Virus record (IMG/VR): IMGVR_UViG_3300020577_002562
Coordinates: 123,210 to 187,209 of that record
Strand: one strand, 5' to 3'
DNA: 64,000 nucleotides
Source: a virus
Lineage: Duplodnaviria > Caudoviricetes
Both the position numbers and the translations under genes were made by a program. This document shows, piece after piece, positions 39,931 through 48,510 of the stretch (positions within the stretch are counted from its first letter, which is position 1; each line of letters opens with the position of its first letter). The notes under the pieces are model-generated. The model saw nothing but the letters and a program-made list of their open reading frames with translations, was not told where the DNA came from and made no database searches.

Positions 39931-41777
39931 TGCACTCCGAACAGTTCTTTGCGGTACGCTGAGTCTTTGCCCATCAGCAGCCGGAACTCATTGGCCCCAT
40001 TCTTGTCGGGGCCATTCACTCGGTAGAGAATGCGACGATCTGGGCTCAGTGCGATGTCCAACTCGTTCTCACTGATCTCACCCCAACCCTTGATGTATGT
40101 GATCGCCAGCTTGTCTGCGTCTACACCAGTGCGCTTGGCAATGGTCTCCTTCTTCATGCCAAAGTACAGCTTGCCCTTGTGCCAGCACTTGTAGAGCGGC
40201 GCCCTGACCACATGCACCACACCTTGCTTGAACAAGTGCGGCATGTAGCGCCACAAGATCGCCAAGCACAAGCAGTTGATGTGAGAACCGTCCACGTCCG
40301 GGTCCGCCATCGCAATGACTTTGCCGTAGCGGACAGTTGGTGGACCCTTCTTACCAAGCTCAACACCCAACGCAGCCAGTAGACCAACCACTTCTTTGTT
40401 GCTGTTTACTTTACCGGCATCCGCTTCCATCACGTTCAACGGCTTGCCACGTAGCGGGTAGATGGCTTGGAACGACTTGTCCCGCGCACGCTTGGCACCA
40501 CCCCCTGCGCTCTCACCTTCTACGATGAACAACTCGCACTCACCGGGTGGCCGCTTGCCGCTAACGTCTGCCAACTTGGTGCCGATGGTTTTCTTAGCCG
40601 AGTTGACTTCCTTGATCAGCTTCTTGTCTTTGAGGAAGTCTGCTGTACGTTCTCTCAGTTGAGCGGCACGAGCACACAGTTCCTTGGTGAATGTCTTGTT
40701 GACTTTGAAGAAGCTCTCGAACACCTTCAAGCACTCATTGTAGCAGGGCTCCTTGACTCGAATATCTACGAGCTTGTCTTTGGTCTGACTGCTGAACTGA
40801 GGTGCAGTGACTTTGTAGTTGAGCACACCCACCAGACCCTCGCGTAGATCCGTCGGAGTGAAGTGCTGACGCGCTCCCTTGTACGGCTCAATGGCATCGA
40901 CCAGTGCCTTGAACATAGCATCGGCGTGGATGCCTCGGTCAGCGTTGCGCACAGTGTTAGTAAAGAACTCGACTTGCTCACCTTCCGCGTTTGTGAAGTT
41001 GAGACACAGGTCAAGCGTGTGCGAAGTGTGGTGGAGTGGAGTCTTGTTGAAGGGCTCTGCCGACAACTCTTTCATTCGCTTCGCCAAGTACTCCTGCACA
41101 CCCTTCTTCGAGAACCACTGGCGCATCTTGCCATTGTGGAACACTTGGATGGTCAGACCGGCATTCATGTAGGCAGTCATCTCTGCCCACACCGTAAGCC
41201 GCTTCATGTCCAGTTGGTGCTTGCCGAAGATGTCCGGGTCCGGTGTGAACTGGATCACTGTACCAGACTTGATAGACTTGCCAGCGATCTTGGGGGGTCG
41301 GCACTTCTTGACCGGCTGCGTTTCACGACCCTGCTTAAACGATGTGCTGTGCCATCCACCACTGTCTTTGCGGTACGTCCAACACATGAAGTTGGAGGAC
41401 AGAGCATTGGTGCCCTTGATTCCAACCCCGTGTGTACCGATGGCCGACTCGTATGCACCCTTCTTCATCTTGCCACTAGACTGCAAGTTGGTCAGCACGT
41501 GAGTCAGCGTGCTGATCTTCATCACTGGGTGTTTGGCAACTGGAATGCCAACCCCGTGATCAATGACAGTGAACTGCCCCTTGTCCACATACACTTGGAT
41601 CAAGTCGTTCCGACCGGCACGGGCTTCATCCACTGCGTTGTCCAAGCACTCACGCAATACGGTGAAGACCCCGTCACTATCGACCGGACCCACATACATA
41701 GCTGGCCGACTACGTATCTTTTCCAGATCTCTTTTGAATGCCGTTATCGAAGTTTCGTCATACCGAGAACGGGTCAT
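39927..41777 (-). CDS. gyrB: type IIA topoisomerase subunit B (GyrB/ParE-like)
   Basis: RPAMYVG, ECLDNAVDE, DHGVGIP, GTHGVG, VEGESAGG, PLRGK, DPDVDG; ATG 41777 with AAGGA SD. Confidence 0.95.
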   Translation of the reverse strand: MTRSRYDETSITAFKRDLEKIRSRPAMYVGPVDSDGVFTVLRECLDNAVDEARAGRNDLIQVYVDKGQFTVIDHGVGIPVAKHPVMKISTLTHVLTNLQSSGKMKKGAYESAIGTHGVGIKGTNALSSNFMCWTYRKDSGGWHSTSFKQGRETQPVKKCRPPKIAGKSIKSGTVIQFTPDPDIFGKHQLDMKRLTVWAEMTAYMNAGLTIQVFHNGKMRQWFSKKGVQEYLAKRMKELSAEPFNKTPLHHTSHTLDLCLNFTNAEGEQVEFFTNTVRNADRGIHADAMFKALVDAIEPYKGARQHFTPTDLREGLVGVLNYKVTAPQFSSQTKDKLVDIRVKEPCYNECLKVFESFFKVNKTFTKELCARAAQLRERTADFLKDKKLIKEVNSAKKTIGTKLADVSGKRPPGECELFIVEGESAGGGAKRARDKSFQAIYPLRGKPLNVMEADAGKVNSNKEVVGLLAALGVELGKKGPPTVRYGKVIAMADPDVDGSHINCLCLAILWRYMPHLFKQGVVHVVRAPLYKCWHKGKLYFGMKKETIAKRTGVDADKLAITYIKGWGEISENELDIALSPDRRILYRVNGPDKNGANEFRLLMGKDSAYRKELFGVQ

Positions 41778-42531
41778 GTCCAATCCTTGAGTTTATCAGC
41801 TTGATACGATGTTGTAGTGATCTGCGGCTAAAGGTGCTACCAGAACCTTTCTTAATGTTGGCTTTGTAGTAGACAACATTAAGATTCGCTGGGTGACACA
41901 ATTCTTCCAATGGTACAGGTTTCTTTCGACGAATTAACGTCTGTTGTATATCAGACCATTTGAAATAGCCTGAAAACACAGAAAGCATGTGATCCACATG
42001 ATACTGCCTAGACCATTTTTCTGCGTTTGGAATGAACTCTGCGTAAAGCCCCATTACAGATCGAGTTAGTTTGTAAACGGTCCTTTTATACTCATCATAG
42101 GAGAGCTTCGATAGATCAAGACGAATCTTCTCCCGTATTGAAACTCTTATCTGCTGCCTACTACGGTGTTTACCTTGTTCCACCATTAGCTTGCGCTGTT
42201 CAACTTTTGAACGCAAAGCTTCATGCTCTTTCAACATACGTTCTATCTTGGAGTGAGATACTCCGTACTGGTCCGCTAGTTCTGCGCAAGTAGCTCCCTT
42301 CCGATAGCTTAGCACAATTTTCTTTTCTGGGAGCTCGACGTAGCGTTTCCTTATCCATCCTTCAGCTTCAGCTAACTTTTGTACTGTTGCGTGTGCGCAT
42401 TTCAGCACGTCAGCTACAGCTCTAAGGGATTGCTCTTCATTTATGTACAGTTTCCTGGCTAAAGCTTTTTTGCTGGGTGTCCAAATGGACGAGAGTCGTC
42501 CTGACTTAGTTCGTGGTCTATCAGGAAACAT
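41758..42531 (-). CDS. putative homing endonuclease (HTH repeats + HNH-like C-terminus)
   Basis: two HTH-like segments; YHVDH...HPANL...NIKKG; AT-rich; GGAG SD before ATG 42531 (alternative GTG 42549). Confidence 0.75.
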   Translation of the reverse strand: MFPDRPRTKSGRLSSIWTPSKKALARKLYINEEQSLRAVADVLKCAHATVQKLAEAEGWIRKRYVELPEKKIVLSYRKGATCAELADQYGVSHSKIERMLKEHEALRSKVEQRKLMVEQGKHRSRQQIRVSIREKIRLDLSKLSYDEYKRTVYKLTRSVMGLYAEFIPNAEKWSRQYHVDHMLSVFSGYFKWSDIQQTLIRRKKPVPLEELCHPANLNVVYYKANIKKGSGSTFSRRSLQHRIKLINSRIGHDPFSV

Positions 42532-42558
42532 AACAGCTCCAATGTACACACTTTCAAA

Positions 42559-42615
42559 TTAGTGTACATTGGCACGCTTGAAAGCAGTGATGTCTTTCTC
42601 TGTGTACTTTGCCAT
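42559..42615 (-). pseudogene. stranded copy of the gyrB N-terminus
   Basis: MAKYTEKDITAFKRANVH* versus gyrB MTRSRYDETSITAFKRD. Confidence 0.85.
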
Positions 42616-42618
42616 GAT

Positions 42619-42987
42619 CTAGAGGATTGTAGTCTCGCTGTTAGTAGTCGTTGACTTAGTCTTTTGACTCTTGGAACTCTTCGGGCTGAAGTGCAGCGCT
42701 CTTGCAAACTTGATCAACCTTTCGGTGTGCATATTTACCCACGTCTTCACCAGATGCAAGTGTTCACACTTTACATGATGGAAACCATGCGGCAAACCTC
42801 TGACTGCATACACATGCCATTGAGGTAACAATGTCTTTTCGTCTACTGCTAATTCTCGGGTAATGTTCCACAAATGGATCCCACGCCAGAACACACGAAA
42901 GCATGTGCGCATTTCGGAGGCTGCACTATCCTGATTAGGTTCCGGTGGATTCACTTCCTGATAGTCTAGTTCCGTCGGATCAAACAT
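42619..42987 (-). CDS. hypothetical protein
   Basis: GGAG SD. Confidence 0.6.
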   Translation of the reverse strand: MFDPTELDYQEVNPPEPNQDSAASEMRTCFRVFWRGIHLWNITRELAVDEKTLLPQWHVYAVRGLPHGFHHVKCEHLHLVKTWVNMHTERLIKFARALHFSPKSSKSQKTKSTTTNSETTIL

Positions 42988-43009
42988 GATTGTTGCTCCA
43001 GAAGTAGAG

Positions 43010-43031
43010 AAGGGGCCAATAAAGGCCCCTT
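43010..43031 (-). terminator. terminator-like hairpin
   Basis: AAGGGGCC/GGCCCCTT stem, pyrimidine tail on minus strand. Confidence 0.55.
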
Positions 43032-43035
43032 ACTG

Positions 43036-43362
43036 CTAAACCCAGTACGTTCCGTTTGCGATGTTAAACTCGGCACCACCATTCAAGTGTGGATCTTCTT
43101 GCCATGGGAACATCCAAGCGTCGTTCACGAAACCGTTCCTCTCCAGTTTGAGCGCAGTGAAAATCACTGGTCCAGAACTCCAGGGCTCTGCCTGAACTTT
43201 CTCAAGTACACAGACCTCTGTAGTACCTAGACGCCATTTTCCAAGAGGAATGCGCTCGTCGAACATGCCCGTGGTGTGATTGTCCGAGTCTATGCGCTCT
43301 AGCGTAGAAACATATGCCAGAGCATCAGCGTTGAGCCCGATGTACTGTGTTGACCGTGCCAT
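43036..43362 (-). CDS. hypothetical protein
   Basis: Q.EPWSSGP..F motif. Confidence 0.6.
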   Translation of the reverse strand: MARSTQYIGLNADALAYVSTLERIDSDNHTTGMFDERIPLGKWRLGTTEVCVLEKVQAEPWSSGPVIFTALKLERNGFVNDAWMFPWQEDPHLNGGAEFNIANGTYWV

Positions 43363-43369
43363 GCGGTTC

Positions 43370-44128
43370 TCACTTGTGAACCGAGTCGAGATACTGAGGT
43401 TGTTGGTCGGTCACGATCACCAAGTCTCGGTCTTTGAACGTGATCTTCTCGTGTCCGTCAGGCTTGTTGTAGTTGACCATGATCGCCGTTGACTTGCCGG
43501 ACTTGACGAACACTCGCTTCTTGTTCTTGCCCCAGTCGATGGTGAACTGAGTTAGCAAACCGATGGTCTTGAACTTGAATTGCTTGGGAGCTTCCGGTGG
43601 ATAAGGAAACACATTGATAGGCTTCACCGGCGCTGGCGTGACAGAAACTGTCGCTACTGGGTGCTCTCCTGTCGCAACCGGATGCGTGATGGACGTAGTG
43701 TGCGAAACTGGCTTACTCCCATCAGCCCCGATAGACGGCTTCGGAAGCCTCTCACGGTAGTTCACCAGATGATCGTAGAGCGTGCGAGCATCTTCCGCGA
43801 CACGCCCCTTCTTGATTTTCTTCTCGTTGAGGGTGTAGAATACAACCAACAGCTTGCCGTGGTACACTTCAAGTTTCATACCCATAGGTTCGTCTAGCAA
43901 GTCATCACCCGGCAGAGTGACCAGCTTGGTCCTGAACTTGGTGTTGCCCGCTACTCCTACAGGACCCCGCATCGAAAACGATGACGGAGTACCAATCATC
44001 TTGACTCCGTTCTTCATCTTGATGTCAATCGCCCTCTTCACCACATCGAGTGCGTACTTCTTCAGTTTCTCTTCTGCCTTGTGGTACTTCGTACTCTCGG
44101 TCTTGATCTTGCCGGTCTTGCGACTCAT
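43370..44128 (-). CDS. hypothetical Lys-rich protein
   Basis: GGAG SD before ATG 44128. Confidence 0.65.
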   Translation of the reverse strand: MSRKTGKIKTESTKYHKAEEKLKKYALDVVKRAIDIKMKNGVKMIGTPSSFSMRGPVGVAGNTKFRTKLVTLPGDDLLDEPMGMKLEVYHGKLLVVFYTLNEKKIKKGRVAEDARTLYDHLVNYRERLPKPSIGADGSKPVSHTTSITHPVATGEHPVATVSVTPAPVKPINVFPYPPEAPKQFKFKTIGLLTQFTIDWGKNKKRVFVKSGKSTAIMVNYNKPDGHEKITFKDRDLVIVTDQQPQYLDSVHK

Positions 44129-44159
44129 GAGGAACACTCCATCATTTACCGGTTCTGAA

Positions 44160-44550
44160 ATGGAACAAGCACGGGCGAACCAGAAATTCCCGTGCTTGCG
44201 TTGGTGTATGTGCTCTCCGAGTAACGTGTGCGCTGAGTCTAACGCAATAGATAGCGATGGGTCTGAGGCCGCTATCCATAAGCGCCGACACCAAGAACTT
44301 CCGCTAGGTACGCTGGGCCAACCGTCGTGGTTGGTCCAACTGGTTCGCTTTCATTCTCACCGACTTGACCGACGTTCTGTCAGACCACCTGGGTCGACTG
44401 GTGGAACGTGAGCTGCTTCGGGCGTTGAGTCTCGTTCTCAACTTTCTGGGAGAGTCTTGTCGTTTTGCGGTTACTCCAGACTACCCGCATTCGTACTCGC
44501 TCCTGGACAGCGAGAGGTGCCGGCCACCGTTCGTTAACCAAGTCTTGACT
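44160..44550 (-). ncRNA. candidate structured ncRNA (about 390 nt)
   Basis: no credible minus-strand ORF; many hairpins and two loop-mediated pairings. Confidence 0.45.
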
Positions 44551-44553
44551 GGC

Positions 44554-45072
44554 TCATTCAAAGCCAGGCAGACTGCTCGGCAAATCCGGGATCTTCTTCT
44601 TGGGCCACGCTGCCATACGTTCTGCATGCTCTTGAGCTTTCATTGCCACTGGCAGTGCCTGTGACCGCTTGCATAGCTCGACATAGTACGCCACTGCCTT
44701 ACAAGCCAACTCATCTTGAGCCCGCAGCAGAAATACAGGCTCGTCTTCAGGGATCAGACCAGCTGGGTCTTGAATCCGGTTGTAGTCTTCACGTGCGTGA
44801 ATCATGGTGCTTCCATTCGTTTGTTTCCGATTGACGTTACCGTCCGTGCTTCCATTGTACCACTTCAATGGTGCGCTGTGGTGCTGAGTGGTGCGCTGCT
44901 CGTAGGAGACTTGCACAGCTTGCAACCGGCAGAGTAGCAAGACAAGCCACAGAAGAGGTCCACACAAGATCAGTGGTACCCACCCCATCCACGGTGTTCG
45001 TGGCCAGGACTCGATGCGGTGCAGCACAGAGAACGCCACAGGTCCTAAAAGTATCCACAATAACCAACTCAT
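44554..45072 (-). CDS. hypothetical protein (hydrophobic N-terminus; conserved IP.DEPVFLLRAQD domain, possible internal start 44805)
   Basis: motif typical of small phage proteins. Confidence 0.55.
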   Translation of the reverse strand: MSWLLWILLGPVAFSVLHRIESWPRTPWMGWVPLILCGPLLWLVLLLCRLQAVQVSYEQRTTQHHSAPLKWYNGSTDGNVNRKQTNGSTMIHAREDYNRIQDPAGLIPEDEPVFLLRAQDELACKAVAYYVELCKRSQALPVAMKAQEHAERMAAWPKKKIPDLPSSLPGFE

Positions 45073-45186
45073 GTGTAGACTCTTGTCTAGGATAGATGCC
45101 TGCGGTAGTCGCTTTTCCAGCTAGATGGGGATGTCCAGTCCAACAGCACAGAAGTTCGTGCAACCATCTTCACTACCGCAGGCAAC

Positions 45187-45262
45187 TGGTGGGTGCTGAC
45201 GGGTTCGAACCGCCGACATCCGCCTTGTAAGGGCGGCACTCTACCAACTGAGTTAAGCACCC
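45187..45262 (-). tRNA. tRNA-Val(TAC)
   Basis: full cloverleaf, loop CTTACAA, encoded CCA. Confidence 0.95.
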
Positions 45263-45269
45263 GTTATTC

Positions 45270-45605
45270 TCAACCTTCGTGCACTAGACTACACAACGAC
45301 TTTCCAACATCGGTATCGTTGTCATACATAGAGCCGACCACCACTATTTCAGCATGTTCATAGGGGTAGTGAGTTTCACTGACGAACACAACTGGTTCAC
45401 TAACCCAGTCAAAAATCAACCGTGACATCCGTCTAGCGTACTCTGCTGGGTTTTCCGCATTTGGCTCACTTTGAAGAATGGCCTCTTCCAAATCCAGGGC
45501 TGTTTTGTACTCAACGCCTTCTATCTCAACGGGTGGATGCTTGCCTAGAACAACTGCATAACCAGTCTTTCTAGACTGACCAACTCCGTAGACTACGTAG
45601 CCCAT
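45270..45605 (-). CDS. hypothetical protein
   Basis: GAGG SD. Confidence 0.55.
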   Translation of the reverse strand: MGYVVYGVGQSRKTGYAVVLGKHPPVEIEGVEYKTALDLEEAILQSEPNAENPAEYARRMSRLIFDWVSEPVVFVSETHYPYEHAEIVVVGSMYDNDTDVGKSLCSLVHEG

Positions 45606-45608
45606 AGA

Positions 45609-45866
45609 CTAAACCTCGCCAACCGACTTTGGAGCGGCCCGCGTCTTGTCCACCAAGTCTACCAGTTGCTGAATGGTGGTCACCTCTTCCAGGTTGGCGT
45701 CTGGCAGCTCAATGTCGAACTCGTCTTCGAGACTCATCACAATCTCGATCTCGTCCAAGCTGTCAAGCCCTAGCGCTACTGTGGTGGACTCTGGTTTGAT
45801 TTCTTCTGGAGCAAAGCCAGCCCATTCACCTACAGTCTTGCACACTCGTTGATACGTATCGCTCAT
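45609..45866 (-). CDS. acpP: acyl carrier protein
   Basis: LGLDSLDEIEIVMSLEDEFDIE phosphopantetheine-site motif; start 45866 downstream of tRNA. Confidence 0.9.
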   Translation of the reverse strand: MSDTYQRVCKTVGEWAGFAPEEIKPESTTVALGLDSLDEIEIVMSLEDEFDIELPDANLEEVTTIQQLVDLVDKTRAAPKSVGEV

Positions 45867-45880
45867 GCTTCTCTCATTTA

Positions 45881-45957
<77 letters not shown>

Positions 45958-45969
45958 GTGTACTCTTGA

Positions 45970-46521
45970 TTAGTTACTTGAGTCAGTCGAATCGGTAGAT
46001 TCCCTAGAGTCTGCGCTTCCTAGTCTAAACGGCGAACTCCAGTTCAAGGCGGGCGCAATTGGTGCCCCCATACTTGCAGCATGTTTGTGTTTGTACCGAG
46101 TCTCCAATTCCTCAAGTGACTCTTCGCCTTGCTTCAACGTCATGCTGACCACTGACTGAGAGCATCCAATGATCTCAGCAATCTCACGATGCAACATCAT
46201 GCGACCGTGAAACATGACCATTGATCTGCTCTTGGTTGGCACTGGCATTTTCTTTGCGGGAACAGGCGCGTCCGACTGCTTGTCTTCTACTGGCTGGATC
46301 GCCCACACAGGCGAAATCACAGTGTTGTAACTCATGATGTAGACGATACCCGCGTCGTGGAACGCTTTGACGTACTTGGCTAACGCTCCACTATGGGAAA
46401 TCAATGACGAGTCTGCGTAGACGAACCGCACAATGTCTATCATGGCTTTGGGGCCATCATACAAAGCCGCTATCACTTTGGCAGCAATGTCACACGGTCG
46501 GTGGTAGTATGTTTTACCCAT
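45970..46521 (-). CDS. HTH-domain DNA-binding protein
   Basis: REIAEIIGCSQSVVS; architecture similar to 52964-53512. Confidence 0.65.
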   Translation of the reverse strand: MGKTYYHRPCDIAAKVIAALYDGPKAMIDIVRFVYADSSLISHSGALAKYVKAFHDAGIVYIMSYNTVISPVWAIQPVEDKQSDAPVPAKKMPVPTKSRSMVMFHGRMMLHREIAEIIGCSQSVVSMTLKQGEESLEELETRYKHKHAASMGAPIAPALNWSSPFRLGSADSRESTDSTDSSN

Positions 46522-46540
46522 AGTCTCACACTTCGCGATG

Positions 46541-46610
46541 TTAGGGTGCCCCGCTCTTGCTGGCTAAAGAGCCAGTTTCTGACACAGATAACCAGTGTCT
46601 ATGCAACCGT
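46541..46610 (-). ncRNA. structured motif, copy 1
   Basis: homologous to 47494-47570 with compensatory stem changes. Confidence 0.5.
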
Positions 46611-46654
46611 AGATGCCGAAGCTCCTCGGCGTTCTCGCGCTCCGGCACCATGGG

Positions 46655-46765
46655 GCCTAACTCCTCGGTCAACTCGGACCCGCGGTCGGCGGCGTTCGTT
46701 TCTTGGTTTGTGCTCATCGTTGCTCCAGTAGCCCACGCGCGGGCCGGTTACCTCGAACGTTGAAC
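46655..46765 (+). mobile_element. integron attC-like recombination site (111 bp)
   Basis: GCCTAAC (R''), GGTCAAC/GTTACC L boxes with extrahelical C, second bulged A, GTTGAAC (R'). Confidence 0.7.
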
Positions 46766-46882
46766 TCGTCCTCGAGACTCACCACAATCTCGACCTCAGC
46801 CAGACTGTCAAGTCCTAGAGCTACTGTGGAGTTCCGCCAAGAGGATCGCGGCTATCTCACACGGGCGGCGGTTCTTTGGCAT
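46759..46882 (-). pseudogene. chimeric remnant: HTH-gene 5' end fused out of frame to an ACP fragment
   Basis: MPKNRRPCEIAAILLAELH (cf. HRPCDIAAKVIAALY); STVALGLDSLAEVEIVVSLEDEFN at 46759-46830. Confidence 0.8.
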
Positions 46883-47069
46883 GCTTCATCTATACGATCG
46901 TCTACTAGATTGGGATCTTCTTACCAAACATCTAAACGCTTGCGAGTACCACATATCAGCAAGAGTTCGACAAATCCACGCCTGGACATGGGCATCATGT
47001 AAATCAACGGGTCTATTCATTGTGCGTCAACTTCTGGTGTCTTAGACACAGAGGCGATAGCACCATACA

Positions 47070-47471
47070 CTACACCCTCAGTCGATTACGGACATCTAGA
47101 ACTCGTCTACTCTGTTCACAGACGATTGAGTACAACTCTGCTAGACATTTGGACAAGGGGCATGACACGGAATACGCATAGTCACCATCCATTTCCGAAT
47201 CTTGCTGTTCAGGACCTTCCATTACCGTCACTGGTTCGAGCGCTAGTCTCAATTGAGAAATCCTCTCCGCCAGTTCGAGAAGTTCTTGCTGAATACAACC
47301 AGCCCACGTATTCACCTCAGATTCTTTGACGACTTCGGCAGTCTTAGTGGGCAAGGTATCAAGTAATGTTGGGGCAGGGCCGCAACGTGCACTCTTTTCA
47401 GGCTCTCTTCTTAGCCCCTGACGCTCTTCAGTGCGATCACGACGATTTGCTCTTACGAGTTGTGAAGACAT
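47070..47471 (-). CDS. hypothetical protein
   Basis: AAGGA SD. Confidence 0.6.
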   Translation of the reverse strand: MSSQLVRANRRDRTEERQGLRREPEKSARCGPAPTLLDTLPTKTAEVVKESEVNTWAGCIQQELLELAERISQLRLALEPVTVMEGPEQQDSEMDGDYAYSVSCPLSKCLAELYSIVCEQSRRVLDVRNRLRV

Positions 47472-47493
47472 GATTGATTCCTTCTAGCTAAGT

Positions 47494-47794
47494 TAAGGGT
47501 GTCCCTGCTCTTGCCACTTGAAGAAGTGGTTTTTGACACAGATGGCTCCGATCTATGCGACCCAACAAGCTTGTTAACTTGCTGAGTCTATGCAATCATC
47601 GCCACGGCAGGGACCACCTTAGTCAGCACATCACTTCATTATCCGCTAGTGCTGACCAAGGGACTATGGATCAGGCCGCGAGGGCCTGATCGAATTGCGC
47701 GTCGTTGGCAGTTCTCTCTTTGCTTGGTTTGCGGCTCCGCTTGCCGGATCGTCGTTCTTACTCTCGGTAACCCTGTCGAAACTATTTCAGCCCC
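47494..47794 (-). ncRNA. ssrA: two-piece tmRNA, coding piece (5' end 47794; tag ANDAQFDQALAA at 47709-47671; 3' end uncertain)
   Basis: GGGGCTGAAATAGTTTCGAC start; resume context AACT|GCC; stop within GATCAGGCC/GGCCTGATC hairpin. Confidence 0.92.
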
Positions 47795-48285
47795 ATCACA
47801 AGTGCACGAACGTACCCCGTTGGAATCTGATTCGTCTTTGGTTGGACGACTCTATGAACTTCCCACCCTTTTCTTATAGCTGATCGCTCTTTCTTCGCAT
47901 CTAGTTGCTTGATAGTGGCATCAAAATGATAAGCACCATCGAACTCGATAAGAATCCTACGATCATCTATCTTCAGAGCCAGATCAAACACGTATTTTCC
48001 AACGGGAAGTTCAAATTTATGTCTTACCTTGTATTTTGTCAACCAGGCCTGAAGCTTTCCGTATTTGCTAGCTTCTCTCTTTCTAAGCAAAGCTGCTACG
48101 TGTTTTACTTCATGCCCGTAAGTTGCTCCAGAATAGTGCTGTCCACATTTACGTGAACAGAAATATGGTTTTGGCAGTTTCTTACCTGCTTTCACCCATT
48201 TGCTATTTTGGTGCGTTACTTCGGCTAACTTTTTCGTGAAGTTAGCCTTGCACAAACTACAAGTTAGTTTTACCGTCTGTATCAT
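47782..48285 (-). CDS. putative homing endonuclease (Zn-ribbon + Vsr/DUF559-like nuclease) in tmRNA intervening segment
   Basis: CSLC...FCSRKC; FDLAL...IEFDGAYH...GWEVHRV; AT-rich; ATG 7 nt after CCA. Confidence 0.8.
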   Translation of the reverse strand: MIQTVKLTCSLCKANFTKKLAEVTHQNSKWVKAGKKLPKPYFCSRKCGQHYSGATYGHEVKHVAALLRKREASKYGKLQAWLTKYKVRHKFELPVGKYVFDLALKIDDRRILIEFDGAYHFDATIKQLDAKKERSAIRKGWEVHRVVQPKTNQIPTGYVRALVMGLK

Positions 48286-48292
48286 ACACTTA

Positions 48293-48510
48293 TGGTGGAG
48301 CTGGCGGGTACTGCCCCCGCGTCCAGAACCCCTCAAGCTCGATCTCTCAAGCTCTTTACGAGCCCTCACGATCATTACTACCACGACGTTCCATACTCAC
48401 AACCTTTCGATTGCCGGTACGGGTGCGGTATCGCGTACCGACCTGACCACTTGCGGAATACAGCTTTACCCTATTGACCGTCACTTGGGCAGCTGCTTGA
48501 CGGTCAAGAT
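48293..48510 (-). ncRNA. ssrA: two-piece tmRNA, acceptor piece (CCA end at 48293; 5' end uncertain)
   Basis: GGACGCGGGGGCAGTACCCGCCAGCTCCACCA; pairs with GGGGCTG giving G3-U70. Confidence 0.9.

Noticed and set aside
41758-42615. T4 gene 60-type ribosomal bypass or intron joining the gyrB mini-ORF to gyrB
   Set aside because: gap is about 800 nt and gyrB has its own SD, ATG and equivalent N-terminus; not formally excluded
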